A DNA stretch of 64,000 nt from a virus. Its lineage: Duplodnaviria; Heunggongvirae; Uroviricota; Caudoviricetes. A program made the position numbers and the translations under genes. Each line of letters begins with the position of its first letter. Within the stretch, counting starts at the first letter, position 1. The DNA lies in the IMG/VR virus record IMGVR_UViG_3300003691_000001, positions 1 to 64,000 of that record; one strand, given 5' to 3'. The notes beneath the pieces are model-generated. The model did no database searches. It was not told the DNA's origin and saw nothing but the letters and a program-made list of their open reading frames with translations. Positions 31,550 through 42,004 of this stretch are shown here, in pieces.

Positions 31550-32110
31550 ATGAGTAGACCTACCAAGCTTTTAGTAGCAGGCTGGGGAAGGCATGGGAAA
31601 GACTCTTTTTCAGAGATGTTAGGATTACCTTTCGTCTCTTCATCTGAGTTTGCCAATGAAAAGGCTGTATGGCCTGGATGGGGTGAATTCCACTACCCTA
31701 CGTTACAGAGTTGTTTCGATGACAGACATGCTATGCAGAATAGATCTGTATGGTATAAGCGGATAAAGAATTATAATACTCCCGATAAAGCTAGATTAGC
31801 TGGAGAGCTTTTAGTAGACAATGATATCTACTGTGGAATGAGATGTAAGGATGAACTCAGAGCTTGCTATGAAAAAGGCCTATTTGATCTTACAATCTGG
31901 GTAGATAGGTCTAAACACCTTCCACCCGAACCGGATACAAGTTGTACAATCACTCAAGAGATGTGTGATATTGTAATCGATAATAATAATGATCTTATAG
32001 ATTTACAGCTACAAGCGGAAGGGTTAGCAGAACTAATTAAAGTAGGTGGATTACGTAAGATTCGCCGTAATTTAGATAGAATGTTCTCAGGAGAACAAAC
32101 ACATGAGTGA
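31550..32110 (+). CDS. Deoxynucleoside-monophosphate kinase-like (T4 gp1-like)
   Basis: LVAGWGRHGKDS P-loop (T4 gp1 SGVKRSGKDT). WYKRI block. Confidence 0.5.
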   Translation: MSRPTKLLVAGWGRHGKDSFSEMLGLPFVSSSEFANEKAVWPGWGEFHYPTLQSCFDDRHAMQNRSVWYKRIKNYNTPDKARLAGELLVDNDIYCGMRCKDELRACYEKGLFDLTIWVDRSKHLPPEPDTSCTITQEMCDIVIDNNNDLIDLQLQAEGLAELIKVGGLRKIRRNLDRMFSGEQTHE

Positions 32111-32312
32111 AGAAGCAGGAAAAGTAGGTAAAGGGTTTGCAGTACTTTTTATAATTATTGTATTACTCTTCTCAGGCCTTAGTAGTATGGGTTTAATAGA
32201 AGCTAGCTTATTAGCATTGATTGGAACCATTCTTACAAGCCTCTCAGCGATTTGCATTATTGCAATAGGTGTAGCAATAGGGTATCTATGCCTTAAAGAG
32301 CAAGGTGTATGA
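32103..32312 (+). CDS. Holin candidate (two TMDs)
   Basis: 69 aa with two hydrophobic helices and a charged C-terminus. Overlaps the start of the M15 peptidase gene. Confidence 0.45.
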   Translation: MSEEAGKVGKGFAVLFIIIVLLFSGLSSMGLIEASLLALIGTILTSLSAICIIAIGVAIGYLCLKEQGV

Positions 32313-32794
32313 TTACAAGGAATAGTCCAATCCTATTTACGGAGGGTGGTAAGTCTCAGTCTATAAAGGGTTGGACACCGATAGCATACGGGTTTAGGGC
32401 CTTTGAATTAGCAGACCGTGAGAGTGGCTATATGCGCTTTCACGGGACGTTCTTACCAGCCCTATCCATACTACGTAGGGAGTTCGGACACCCCTTACAA
32501 GTCAATTCCTGCTGCCGTACACCCTCCCATAATGCAAATGAAGGTGGGCATCCACGAAGCTTACACCTTACCAGTAACCCAGTACATCCTACAGACGGTG
32601 CAATGGCTATTGACTTTAAGGTGAGTGGATGGGATGGATCGGTCCTACAGGATCTTATAGATACTGCATGGGACCTTGGATGGTCTATAGGTCATGGATA
32701 CATGGAGGATAACGAGAAGGTTGTAGACGGTGGATTCTTACACCTTGATAGACGTGTAGACATAGGTTTACCACTACACGAATTTTATTATTAG
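32309..32794 (+). CDS. Peptidase M15 (VanY/DUF882-like) cell-wall hydrolase, an endolysin candidate
   Basis: SCCRTPSHNANEGGHPRSLH, DGAMAIDF, GHGYMEDN..HLD zinc-ligand pattern. Confidence 0.65.
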   Translation: MITRNSPILFTEGGKSQSIKGWTPIAYGFRAFELADRESGYMRFHGTFLPALSILRREFGHPLQVNSCCRTPSHNANEGGHPRSLHLTSNPVHPTDGAMAIDFKVSGWDGSVLQDLIDTAWDLGWSIGHGYMEDNEKVVDGGFLHLDRRVDIGLPLHEFYY

Positions 32795-32803
32795 GAGAAG
32801 TGA

Positions 32804-33019
32804 ATGTTAATATCATCAACAATAACATTGATAGTGCTTATTGGAGTATGCCATGGACTCAGGAAGTTGTGTAAGATTTCATATAAGATGTCTCCAACTG
32901 CCCAAGATAAACTGGAAATTGTGGAAGTTGGGAAGATTGTAGCAAAAGTTACAGGGGTGTTTAATATACTTGCATACCCTTCCCTTCTTGTTCTTATCAT
33001 AGTCTTAATATGGAGCTGA
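32804..33019 (+). CDS. Small two-TMD membrane protein (second holin/antiholin candidate)
   Basis: Hydrophobic helices at both ends of the 71-aa product. Confidence 0.35.
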   Translation: MLISSTITLIVLIGVCHGLRKLCKISYKMSPTAQDKLEIVEVGKIVAKVTGVFNILAYPSLLVLIIVLIWS

Positions 33020-33335
33020 TATGGAAGCGACTATACAGGTTAAACTTCAACCCTTCCAAGTACCCGATTATGCGCTAACAGTACAAATTGCAAAGAGTCG
33101 TATGGAGGGGTGGAGTGAAGCCCCTAAATATGAACTATCTGAATTGAGTGTTGAAACTCTTACTCATATGTGCGAGGAGTTTAAGAAGGGTGTCTTCAAG
33201 AAGGCTAATAAAGAATATCTAACAAGGAGTTGACTATGCAATACAGCTTGTATAAAATGGCCGGACTTTTAGCTAAACGGGTCTTACAAGATGGTACAAC
33301 TATTTACGGCTACATACGAGATGGCGAGTTCGCAT

Positions 33336-33848
33336 ATGAGAAAGGTGGTGAAGAGTATATCATCACTTTACCTGACGATGGTGATATGCGCGGGTTCAGC
33401 CTACTCTCAAACGACTGAAGAGTATATTAAGCTTAATGAAGGTCTGAGACTAAGCTCTTACATAGATAGAGATCACTACGCCATTGGCTATGGCCATAGA
33501 CTCGAGTACGGCACAAACCTAATCATTAGTAAAGCAACTGCCGAATTATGGCTGAAAGAAGATATCTCAGCATGTAAGGTTAATATAAGTAAACACTATC
33601 CATGGATGAGTACATTAAAACCCTCTGCGAAGAAAGTAATGGTTGACATGTGTATTAATCTAGGCTTTAATGGCCTTAGTAAATTCAAGTGGATGATTAA
33701 AGGATTATATGCCGAAGCATACCGAGAAGCTGCCATGGAATTGATGGATAGTAAGTATGCAAGGCAGTTGCCTGGAAGGGCTTCAAGAAACTTTGACCTA
33801 TTGGTCAGACAACATGACAATGTAATAGCCCTTGATGTAAACAAATAG
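33336..33848 (+). CDS. GH24 T4-lysozyme-like endolysin with an N-terminal signal/SAR segment
   Basis: EGLRLSSYIDRDHYAIGYGH catalytic block. N-terminal MRKVVKSISSLYLTMVICAGSAYSQ. The track ORF starts at 33291; the ATG at 33336 is preferred. Confidence 0.7.
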   Translation: MRKVVKSISSLYLTMVICAGSAYSQTTEEYIKLNEGLRLSSYIDRDHYAIGYGHRLEYGTNLIISKATAELWLKEDISACKVNISKHYPWMSTLKPSAKKVMVDMCINLGFNGLSKFKWMIKGLYAEAYREAAMELMDSKYARQLPGRASRNFDLLVRQHDNVIALDVNK

Positions 33849-33862
33849 AGATAGGAGGATGG

Positions 33863-34060
33863 ATGAAAGATAAGTTAATGGTTGTAGGGTACATATTGTT
33901 CATTCTGTGTATAGGCTCATTGGGCATGACACAGTTCAATAAGAACTCAAAGATGCAGGAGCAAGTAGACTTTATGTACCAGTATCAACTTAAACAGTCT
34001 AATGACTGTGGATCTATTCAACGTGTAAGGGAGTGTAGTTATGAGCACTCATGCGGGTAA
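33863..34060 (+). CDS. Small single-TM membrane protein
   Basis: MVVGYILFILCIGSLGM helix. Confidence 0.3.
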   Translation: MKDKLMVVGYILFILCIGSLGMTQFNKNSKMQEQVDFMYQYQLKQSNDCGSIQRVRECSYEHSCG

Positions 34061-34226
34061 TGAACCGATGGGGTTATTAATCCCTTTGATGATCTCTCTT
34101 GTTGTAGCCAGTATAGGGGTGGGGACGCTGTTCTACCACCTAAACCTATACCTTGAGTGCATGAATACAACCACTGATTCATGGAGATGCATTGTTAGCC
34201 TTATGATTTCCAAGGATTCATCATGA
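34041..34226 (+). CDS. Small membrane protein
   Basis: LLIPLMISLVVASIGVGTLFY helix. Confidence 0.3.
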   Translation: MSTHAGNEPMGLLIPLMISLVVASIGVGTLFYHLNLYLECMNTTTDSWRCIVSLMISKDSS

Positions 34227-34730
34227 TTGATGTAAGCGGTAAATTTCTATTCAAAGGTGACCAGGTTGCAATGGTTATACCTTATCACTCTGCCCTTGTA
34301 TTAGGCACGGTGGTGAAGATTACTCCTAAGGGGGCTACTGTGGAATATGAGTATGGTGATTACACCGACCTTAAAGTTAGTAGACTGAGCAGACAACTCT
34401 GCTTAGTACATCCGCTTGAACCATTAAATCATGCAAGTGGTCAAGGTGGAGACTTTGATCCTGAAACCGGTGAATGGGTACCACATGATTGTTACATTGA
34501 TCAGGAGACTAAGGAGGTAATGTATGCGGAGAGTGAACCTAGTGAAAGTACAGGCTGGACTAACTACGGCCTTTAAGCTCTGGTTCCTAGACCTTTGCTA
34601 TGCAATCATAATACTCACCTGCTTATTCTGTAAAGGGGATTCACTCCCTTACACAATTGATGCAGCGCCTGGTACTATACCCTCCTATAGTGGTCCTATA
34701 AAGAATTTATGTTGAGGATGAGAGGAATAG

Positions 34731-35291
34731 ATGAACAAAGGTAAATACGTGTACGTCATGGAAAAGCGTGATGGCTCACATAAGATAGGGATCTCAAAAG
34801 ATCCTACAAGACGTGCAAATGAGATACGACTTGCATCGGGGCAACCCGTGAAGGTGATATATAAACGGTATGCAGAAAATGCAAAGAAGGTTGAAAGCCT
34901 GTTACACATACTGTATGTGTCTAATAGACGAGAGGGAGAGTTCTTTAAAGGTCTTGACATCCCTGAACTGTTTATCGCAATCAATGAATTAATAGATAAC
35001 GGTATAGAGCAGGTTAAGATTGAAGAAGAAAAGATCACAAGGATGCACATGACTAATATAGACACATACAAGTATGACTTAGAGAATGATATCAACCCCT
35101 CATTCTACTTTGACAAATTATTCGATAGAATGGAATACGGTGGAGCATTACTTGGTGAAGCCTCTTATCCTAATTACGAGAGTGCAAGGAATGATGCTTT
35201 AACGTACCTTGATACAAAGATACAGAAGTCAACCATTGCGCGGCTTAAGCTTGAACAGTGTATTACCTTCGAGGAGTATTGTAATGAGTAG
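34731..35291 (+). CDS. GIY-YIG / T5orf172 (MUG113)-domain protein
   Basis: KYVYVMEKRDGSHKIGISKDPTRRANEI matches the GIY-YIG-like T5orf172 N-terminal signature. Confidence 0.55.
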   Translation: MNKGKYVYVMEKRDGSHKIGISKDPTRRANEIRLASGQPVKVIYKRYAENAKKVESLLHILYVSNRREGEFFKGLDIPELFIAINELIDNGIEQVKIEEEKITRMHMTNIDTYKYDLENDINPSFYFDKLFDRMEYGGALLGEASYPNYESARNDALTYLDTKIQKSTIARLKLEQCITFEEYCNE

Positions 35292-36016
35292 GACGATTGA
35301 AGACAGGCTTGAAGCTATTGAACAGAAGCTAGATACGATTATCTCAGGGGATGTGAAAGCACCTACTATTAGTGGTGCCCCCATATGGGCTACCCATGTG
35401 GCTAGGGATAAGGGTGGAGAGTGGAACTACTTCGATGCAGAGCCTATCTCAGACATTGAGCAGTGGGTAGTAGGTCCTGAATCTCCTGGAGCGATGTGGG
35501 AACAGGTTCCTAATCCACCACTAACCAAGAACATCTGGTTAGACACCCTTGCAAAGGTGAACTGTAATGCAGAGTAAAATAATTACAAAGGTTGAGGTAC
35601 ACGAGACATCCCGTGACACCTTCGATTGGATTGCCCCTAAGGCTATGACAGCAGTAGGCCCTTCAACCTGTGATCCTATTAATAGCGTTACAGATATTGA
35701 ATACATATGCCCTCAAGCGTTTTACCTTCCTAGCGGTAAGAAGGTTAGAATAGGATGGACTAAGGAGGTTGGAGAGGTGTTAGGTATACCCTTAGAGGTC
35801 TATAGGAACATGGATGAACGCCTTCAGGAGCAAGATAAAGACCTGTTCAACCTGAGACAGGAGCTGTGCATGGAGAGGATACAGTCTTCAGAACTTGAAT
35901 CTGAGATGAATGTCCACGCTGAAAAGGTACGTGACCTGAAGAAGATCATCTCTACAGCTACATTTAAAGAACGTGCAGCGTATGCACTAACTGGATATAT
36001 GAAAGGAGTATAGGAA

Positions 36017-36844
36017 ATGAATGAGTTTATAGATACAGATGCGTTCAGCGAGTCTGCACGGGAATATATTATACAAGAGTGTGATGCATTTAATAAAGCA
36101 GCAGGTGAAGGATTCAACATATCCATTACTGAAGAACCTCTACCAACTACCGGACTGCACAGTTCATTTTGGATTGGACCAGTCCTAAATCAAGTTAGGC
36201 ACTTTAAGAAGACTTCTAGAGAGGTTGGCACCACCATGGGTGGTTGGTGGGGAAAAGCTATCCTAGCTAGCGCCGTAGAGGTTGCAATAAATAATGCATT
36301 AGAGGCTAACACCACCATACTTAATGTTTCAGGCACGTGTGGAGGAATCACCAGGAAGGCATTAACCGATGCAAACGGTTGTATTGCACTCTGGGTCATG
36401 CACTCTAATACATACTGCCACATTATGGAGCATTCCAAACCCTTCTATAAAGACGGGGATATTCTACCTGACCGCGTAGTAGATGTTGCAGGTACTTGTA
36501 TTCACACTGGTGAAGCCTTGGAAGTGAAAGTGCCTATCCTTGTAACAGACAACCCATCACTCCTGCTTGAAGGTGGTTTGAAAGTGATAGGCCTGCAGAA
36601 GGATGCTATCAAAGTAACCTTCTCTGATCGAATACCTTTATGGGTTGAAACTGTTGATGGCTTGGACCAACCCAGCTTCCGATATCAAGGTGAATACGAT
36701 TTCACGGTACAGCTTGAAGGGTTTGACTCTGCCGCTGATAAGAATATTAAAACTGCAGCGTCTAGTAAGACCTTTGATAGACAATGGTACAACGTCCTTG
36801 AAAAGGAAGCCGGATACATCATATTAGAGGATGACTTAACGTGA
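36017..36844 (+). CDS. Hypothetical protein, 275 aa
   Basis: Long ORF in compact context. No motif recognised. Confidence 0.45.
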   Translation: MNEFIDTDAFSESAREYIIQECDAFNKAAGEGFNISITEEPLPTTGLHSSFWIGPVLNQVRHFKKTSREVGTTMGGWWGKAILASAVEVAINNALEANTTILNVSGTCGGITRKALTDANGCIALWVMHSNTYCHIMEHSKPFYKDGDILPDRVVDVAGTCIHTGEALEVKVPILVTDNPSLLLEGGLKVIGLQKDAIKVTFSDRIPLWVETVDGLDQPSFRYQGEYDFTVQLEGFDSAADKNIKTAASSKTFDRQWYNVLEKEAGYIILEDDLT

Positions 36845-37366
36845 TATTAGCCCTTGAACTTTAATTGGTTCAGGGGCTTTCTTTTGCCTGAGATTTATGT
36901 ATAATGGCTTCAACACTTAAAGGAGGTACAGGAATGAAAGTCATCAGTACAGAACAAATAATCAGGCATCACATTGAGTACGACAACAGTACTAGTAAAG
37001 GCCGTGAAGATGTGATAACCTGGCTTAATGAAACGTATGGAGAGTTTAACTGGCGTTCTGTAAGGCAAGGCCCTAAAGGGGATGGAAGCAGTACAGGACT
37101 TTACATAATTGAAGTTGACCCTGTAGGAGAAACAACATGAATATAGATATTATATTATTAATTTGGATAGTGTTTACAGTACTGACAGGCTGTATATTAA
37201 GTATAAAGAACTGGCTACTTTCAGTCTGGGCTTTCTTCAAAGGTGAGGCCTACATTCAGCATATAATCGGAAATATAATCGATTGGATATTCCTTGCATC
37301 TGTTGTATTCCTATCGTACAATCATGAAGCTAGTTTGAAAGCTATTAAGCTACTGGAGCTACCCTT

Positions 37367-37999
37367 ATGAAAATAGTATGCATATCTGATACACATGGTA
37401 AATGGAATTCACTAGACCTCCCTAAAGGGGATGTACTTATCCATGCAGGGGACATCTTTGCAGGTGGTAGGTACAACAGGGAAATGGAAGATTTTAATGA
37501 ATGGCTTGGGGTTCAAGATTTTGAACACAAGCTCATCATTGCAGGTAATCATGATTGGCTTTTTGAAACCAACCGTGAATACATGGAAGTACTTCTTACC
37601 AATGGTACATATCTGGAGAACAGTGGTGTAACCATTGAAGGAATAAACTTCTGGGGTTCACCCTATACACCTATGTTCTATAACTGGGCCTTCATGCTTC
37701 AACGTGGGACAGAGATACGATGTCAATGGGATAAAATCCCTGGAGATACAGATGTCCTTATTACACATGGCCCTTCAATGGGTACACTGGATTTAATAGA
37801 GGGAGAGAATGCAGGGTGTGAAGAATTAAGGTTTGCCATTGAAAGGGTTAAACCTTCCTATCATATCTTTGGACACATTCATGCAGCGCATGGTACAATA
37901 TATAAGGATGGGGTTAATTCAATAAATTCATCCATCTGTACAGAAGCGTACAAACCTGTTAATAAACCTTTTGTATTTACATATGGAGAGGATGTATGA
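37367..37999 (+). CDS. Metallophosphoesterase (MJ0936/YfcE-like, Metallophos_2)
   Basis: ISDTHGK, HAGDI, AGNHD, THGP, GHIH. Confidence 0.7.
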   Translation: MKIVCISDTHGKWNSLDLPKGDVLIHAGDIFAGGRYNREMEDFNEWLGVQDFEHKLIIAGNHDWLFETNREYMEVLLTNGTYLENSGVTIEGINFWGSPYTPMFYNWAFMLQRGTEIRCQWDKIPGDTDVLITHGPSMGTLDLIEGENAGCEELRFAIERVKPSYHIFGHIHAAHGTIYKDGVNSINSSICTEAYKPVNKPFVFTYGEDV

Positions 38000-39167
38000 C
38001 ACGTACACAATATTTCACTGCACTCAGTGTAATCGTTGTAGGACTTGTACTCCTTGAATCGAGGGACTTATGCAAGACGTTGAAGAGTACTTAATAGATT
38101 GCATAGCTGTTGACGGTGAGCTTCACGTCTGTTATCCTTGGAGCGATACAACACACTGTGAAGAGAAACTCAAGGTTGTAGATAAGAAGGTTAAACCAAA
38201 TCAACGTGTAGGTAGGTTCTCCTGCTATGAGTGCACATATTAGGAGAGTACAATGATTACAGTATTGATTATAATTTTAAACATAGCATCACTCATGTTA
38301 AATCTAGGAGCTATACTAGTCCCTAACAATGGTGTAGTGGTTCTTAATTACACAGCAGCTGCAGCTAACGTAGTAGTAATTGTAGCACTGTTATACGTTC
38401 TGCACCGAGATTCAAAGGGGGAGGACTATGTTTGAAGACATGCTGATCAGCCCCGCTACAAGGCCACAAGACATGACAGTCTGTACACAGCACTTCGGTG
38501 ATGTGATTTTACAATACCATTTTAAGTGGTACACGGGTGTTAGTGGTGTAGAGTCTGTACACAGGACTGGTTCACCATACCGACACACCTATCAAAGCCA
38601 AAGCGGCGATGAATGGGATGAACAAGTGCACGGAAGAAGATCTTTCTTTGAAGATATTTCTTGCATTATTCATGGGCCTCATCTAAGATGGCACGATAAA
38701 GAAGTACATGATTCCTTAAAGGAGCAGCAGCGATGTGGGATGACGTAGAGAGTATTACATTCCGTGCAGACGGTTGCACGTATAAGGCTAATCAACTACA
38801 CCCTGGCGTGTTAACCATTGGCATGGGAGGAGGGTACAGTAACATCAGTACAGATGAGCTGCATAGTTGGATTCGTAACGGGTCTGCAATCATTGTTTAT
38901 GTTACATCAAATATTACAGAGGATTTCAAAGCCCTCTTACAAGAGGAGTATACCGGATGACATGCGAAGAAGAAGTGGATAAGATTTTAAGGGCTCTACC
39001 TGCAGCGCATGTGCTACGCCACTGTACTAATGTCACCTGTTGGTGTATGGGGTGTGTAAACAGTACACTTCATAGTACAGACGTTACAAAGAATGAATGG
39101 AGTACATGGGTTGGGCAGAACCGTGAACGATTAGAGCAGGCTGTGGAAGGCGCTAAAGGAGGGTACT

Positions 39168-40250
39168 ATGTCAAGTAGATTTCAACAGCTTTTAGAAAAG
39201 GGTTTACTACCTACACCACCTAAGGTGTTAAAGAACAATGTATGCTATGAAGTCATTACAGGTAGTATGGCGTATGGTGTAGCCACTGACACCTCTGACA
39301 TGGATATTATAGGCTTTGCTATCCCGCCTAAAGAGACACTCTTCCCTCACCTAACGGGATACATAGACGGGTTCAGTACAAAGCAGAACAAGTTTGAACA
39401 GTATCAACAGCACCACATCATGGATAAGAGTGCACGGTCTGGAAAGGGTACAGAGTATGATATCACTATGTATAACATCGTGAAGTTCTTTAGGCTATGT
39501 ATGGAGAACAACCCTAATATGGTTGATGTACTCTTTGTACCTCGTAACTGCGTACTGCACAGTACCGGTGTAGGTGAGCTTGTACGTGAGAACCGTAAGC
39601 TGTTCTTGCATAAAGGTAGTTATCAAAAGTTCAAAGGGTACGCATACAGCCAGTTGAACAAGATGCAGAATAAGAACCTTAACACAGTGCTAAAGTTTGA
39701 ACGTGAATTCGATATATCCGATGAGGTTGCACATCAGTGCTATGCCTTTCCTAGGAATAAAGCTTTCATAGAGAATGTGTTCTGTGCTACACATCTACCC
39801 CTGCCTAATTATAGCGATGCTGAAAACTATGCCAACTTAATCCGTAAGTGCGGTACAATCAGTAAACGCCGTGACAGTATTAAAGAACACAAAATGGACG
39901 TAAAGTTCGCTTATCATATTGTACGCCTCCTTGGAGAGGTTGAACAGATTTTAACGTTACACGATTTAGACCTTCAACGTGATAAAGAGGTCTTAAAGTC
40001 TATACGTAGGGGTGAATGGTCTGTAGAGAAGATTACAGAGTACTTCGAGATGAAAGAAAAACATCTTGAAGAGCTTTACAACTCGAGTACACTCCGGTAT
40101 AGTCCTGACGAAGATGCAATAAGAGATCTCTTACTACAGTGCTTAGAACAGCACTACGGTAACCTGGAGAGCTGTGTTACTGTACTCGGTACAAGCGAGA
40201 AAGCGCTGCAAGAGATTGTAGCTACATTGAATAAATATAAGGTGATATAA
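39168..40250 (+). CDS. Pol-beta-superfamily nucleotidyltransferase
   Basis: GSMAYGVATDTSDMD (GS..G...SD.D) NTase signature near the N-terminus. About 250 aa of helical C-terminal domain. Confidence 0.55.
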   Translation: MSSRFQQLLEKGLLPTPPKVLKNNVCYEVITGSMAYGVATDTSDMDIIGFAIPPKETLFPHLTGYIDGFSTKQNKFEQYQQHHIMDKSARSGKGTEYDITMYNIVKFFRLCMENNPNMVDVLFVPRNCVLHSTGVGELVRENRKLFLHKGSYQKFKGYAYSQLNKMQNKNLNTVLKFEREFDISDEVAHQCYAFPRNKAFIENVFCATHLPLPNYSDAENYANLIRKCGTISKRRDSIKEHKMDVKFAYHIVRLLGEVEQILTLHDLDLQRDKEVLKSIRRGEWSVEKITEYFEMKEKHLEELYNSSTLRYSPDEDAIRDLLLQCLEQHYGNLESCVTVLGTSEKALQEIVATLNKYKVI

Positions 40251-41395
40251 AATGGAAATCGTACACAAAGAATATAAGAAGTATCAAATAGGTCATAGAG
40301 TGGGTATTGATGGTGAAATTGTTATTTATAAGTATATTGATCTAGAAGGGAACCTCATAAACCCCATGAAAGAATTCCTGGCGTTAGGTAAGGTTAAGGC
40401 AGAGGTTATTGAAGTGGCTATGGGATTTGTAGATTTCAACCATGCAATGGATTATATTGACACTGTGATCATTCCCGGTGTTACTCCTCCAACCATTAAG
40501 GTGGTATGATGAGAAAGAAATTTAAGATTATGTACCCAGAGGATCATGCAGATCCTAAGAAGGCAGGTAAGCCTTTTCACGGCGGTGGTAAGGATATGGT
40601 AGTGATGAATGGCAGTGGGATATTCTTCCTGTTTAACGGTGAACAGTATTACCCCTCCATCAGTAAGTTATCTAGTGTACTTCCTAAATACGATGTAGTT
40701 TGGAAATAGGAGAGTGAAGATGTTAAGAATTGAAGTGAGAAGTATTGATGATACCCAACAAGAGGTTGTATTCCAACGGGACAGATCGGGTCCACTGGAT
40801 GCTGTAGAGGCTGTAGCACTTGCACAGGTTATGATTGAAGCTGCCGCAGAGGTTTTATTAGTGGCAGAGGCATCGGGGTTGAAGAATGGAGAAGACTAAG
40901 GTTACAATAGGCCCGTACAAGGGATTTACAGCGAATATAACGGTACCTCTCACACGCCTTGAACTCTATGGTAAGGTTAATGATGCAGGGTCTGATCTGA
41001 TATTATTACATGGTGGTCACATCCTGGAGATCATTCAAGATTTTGAAAGCGCTATAGATGATTATATTAATACCAAAGAAGAACTGGGAGATGTAAAGGT
41101 GAGAAGGCTATGAATAAGATTCTAATAGGGCCTTATGATACTAACGGTGTAGCTGCAGGAGAGTACACACATAAAGAATATTTACAAGCAGTGCTTGACA
41201 AATGCCCTGAGGATGTTACAATTGACCTCCTTAGGCAATACACCGGTTCATGGGAATCATACGCTTACATGTGTGAACTGGACAGCAGCAATGCAGAGCT
41301 TTTAATAGACCTGACCCATCACAATAAGGGGTACAGTCAACTATGGTTAGGAGAGAGTTAATGGATAAGATTGTAGTAGTGGTAAGGAGTTACAA

Positions 41396-42004
41396 ATGAC
41401 ACCATCTACGTCCAACGCAGCAGAAATTAATACCCTTAGAAGAAGGATAAGTCACCTTGAAACAGTTGCAGAGAAGCAACAACGTATGCTGCATGACCTG
41501 TATGAGACAGGAGTGAAAACCCTTCAGCTGCAGAACCAGGTTCTTATAGAGGCGCTTGCAGAGCCTGCTATGAAAGTGGTTATAGAGGACCTTGCGCCAG
41601 GTGTATTGAAAGAGTTAGGATTAAACCCTGCAGGGTACCCGATTAAATCTCTGCAAGAGATCTTTACCACCTCGTATAACTGGTTAATGACCCAGGGTAA
41701 AGATTCTGTAGACAGTAATGGCACTCTAGTGTACCATGGTGTAGACGGGTTAAAGTGTTCCATAGGCATTTTAATGAAAGATGAATACAAAGACCGTATC
41801 GATGTGGCCAGTGGCAATATGAATGACATTGATGAAGGCGAGGTGTTAAGCATCCTTGAAGATAGTGGATGCCCCAGGGCTTATAAAGACTTCTATAAGC
41901 GTCTATTGAGGATACATGATGATTGCTCTGTAGAAGACTGGGACAGGCTCTATAAAGAGCTTGCAGAAGAATATGGGCTAGCGCCCTTTAAAGGAGGTGT
42001 ATGA
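41396..42004 (+). CDS. Hypothetical protein, 202 aa
   Basis: ORF with RBS. No motif recognised. Confidence 0.4.
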   Translation: MTPSTSNAAEINTLRRRISHLETVAEKQQRMLHDLYETGVKTLQLQNQVLIEALAEPAMKVVIEDLAPGVLKELGLNPAGYPIKSLQEIFTTSYNWLMTQGKDSVDSNGTLVYHGVDGLKCSIGILMKDEYKDRIDVASGNMNDIDEGEVLSILEDSGCPRAYKDFYKRLLRIHDDCSVEDWDRLYKELAEEYGLAPFKGGV

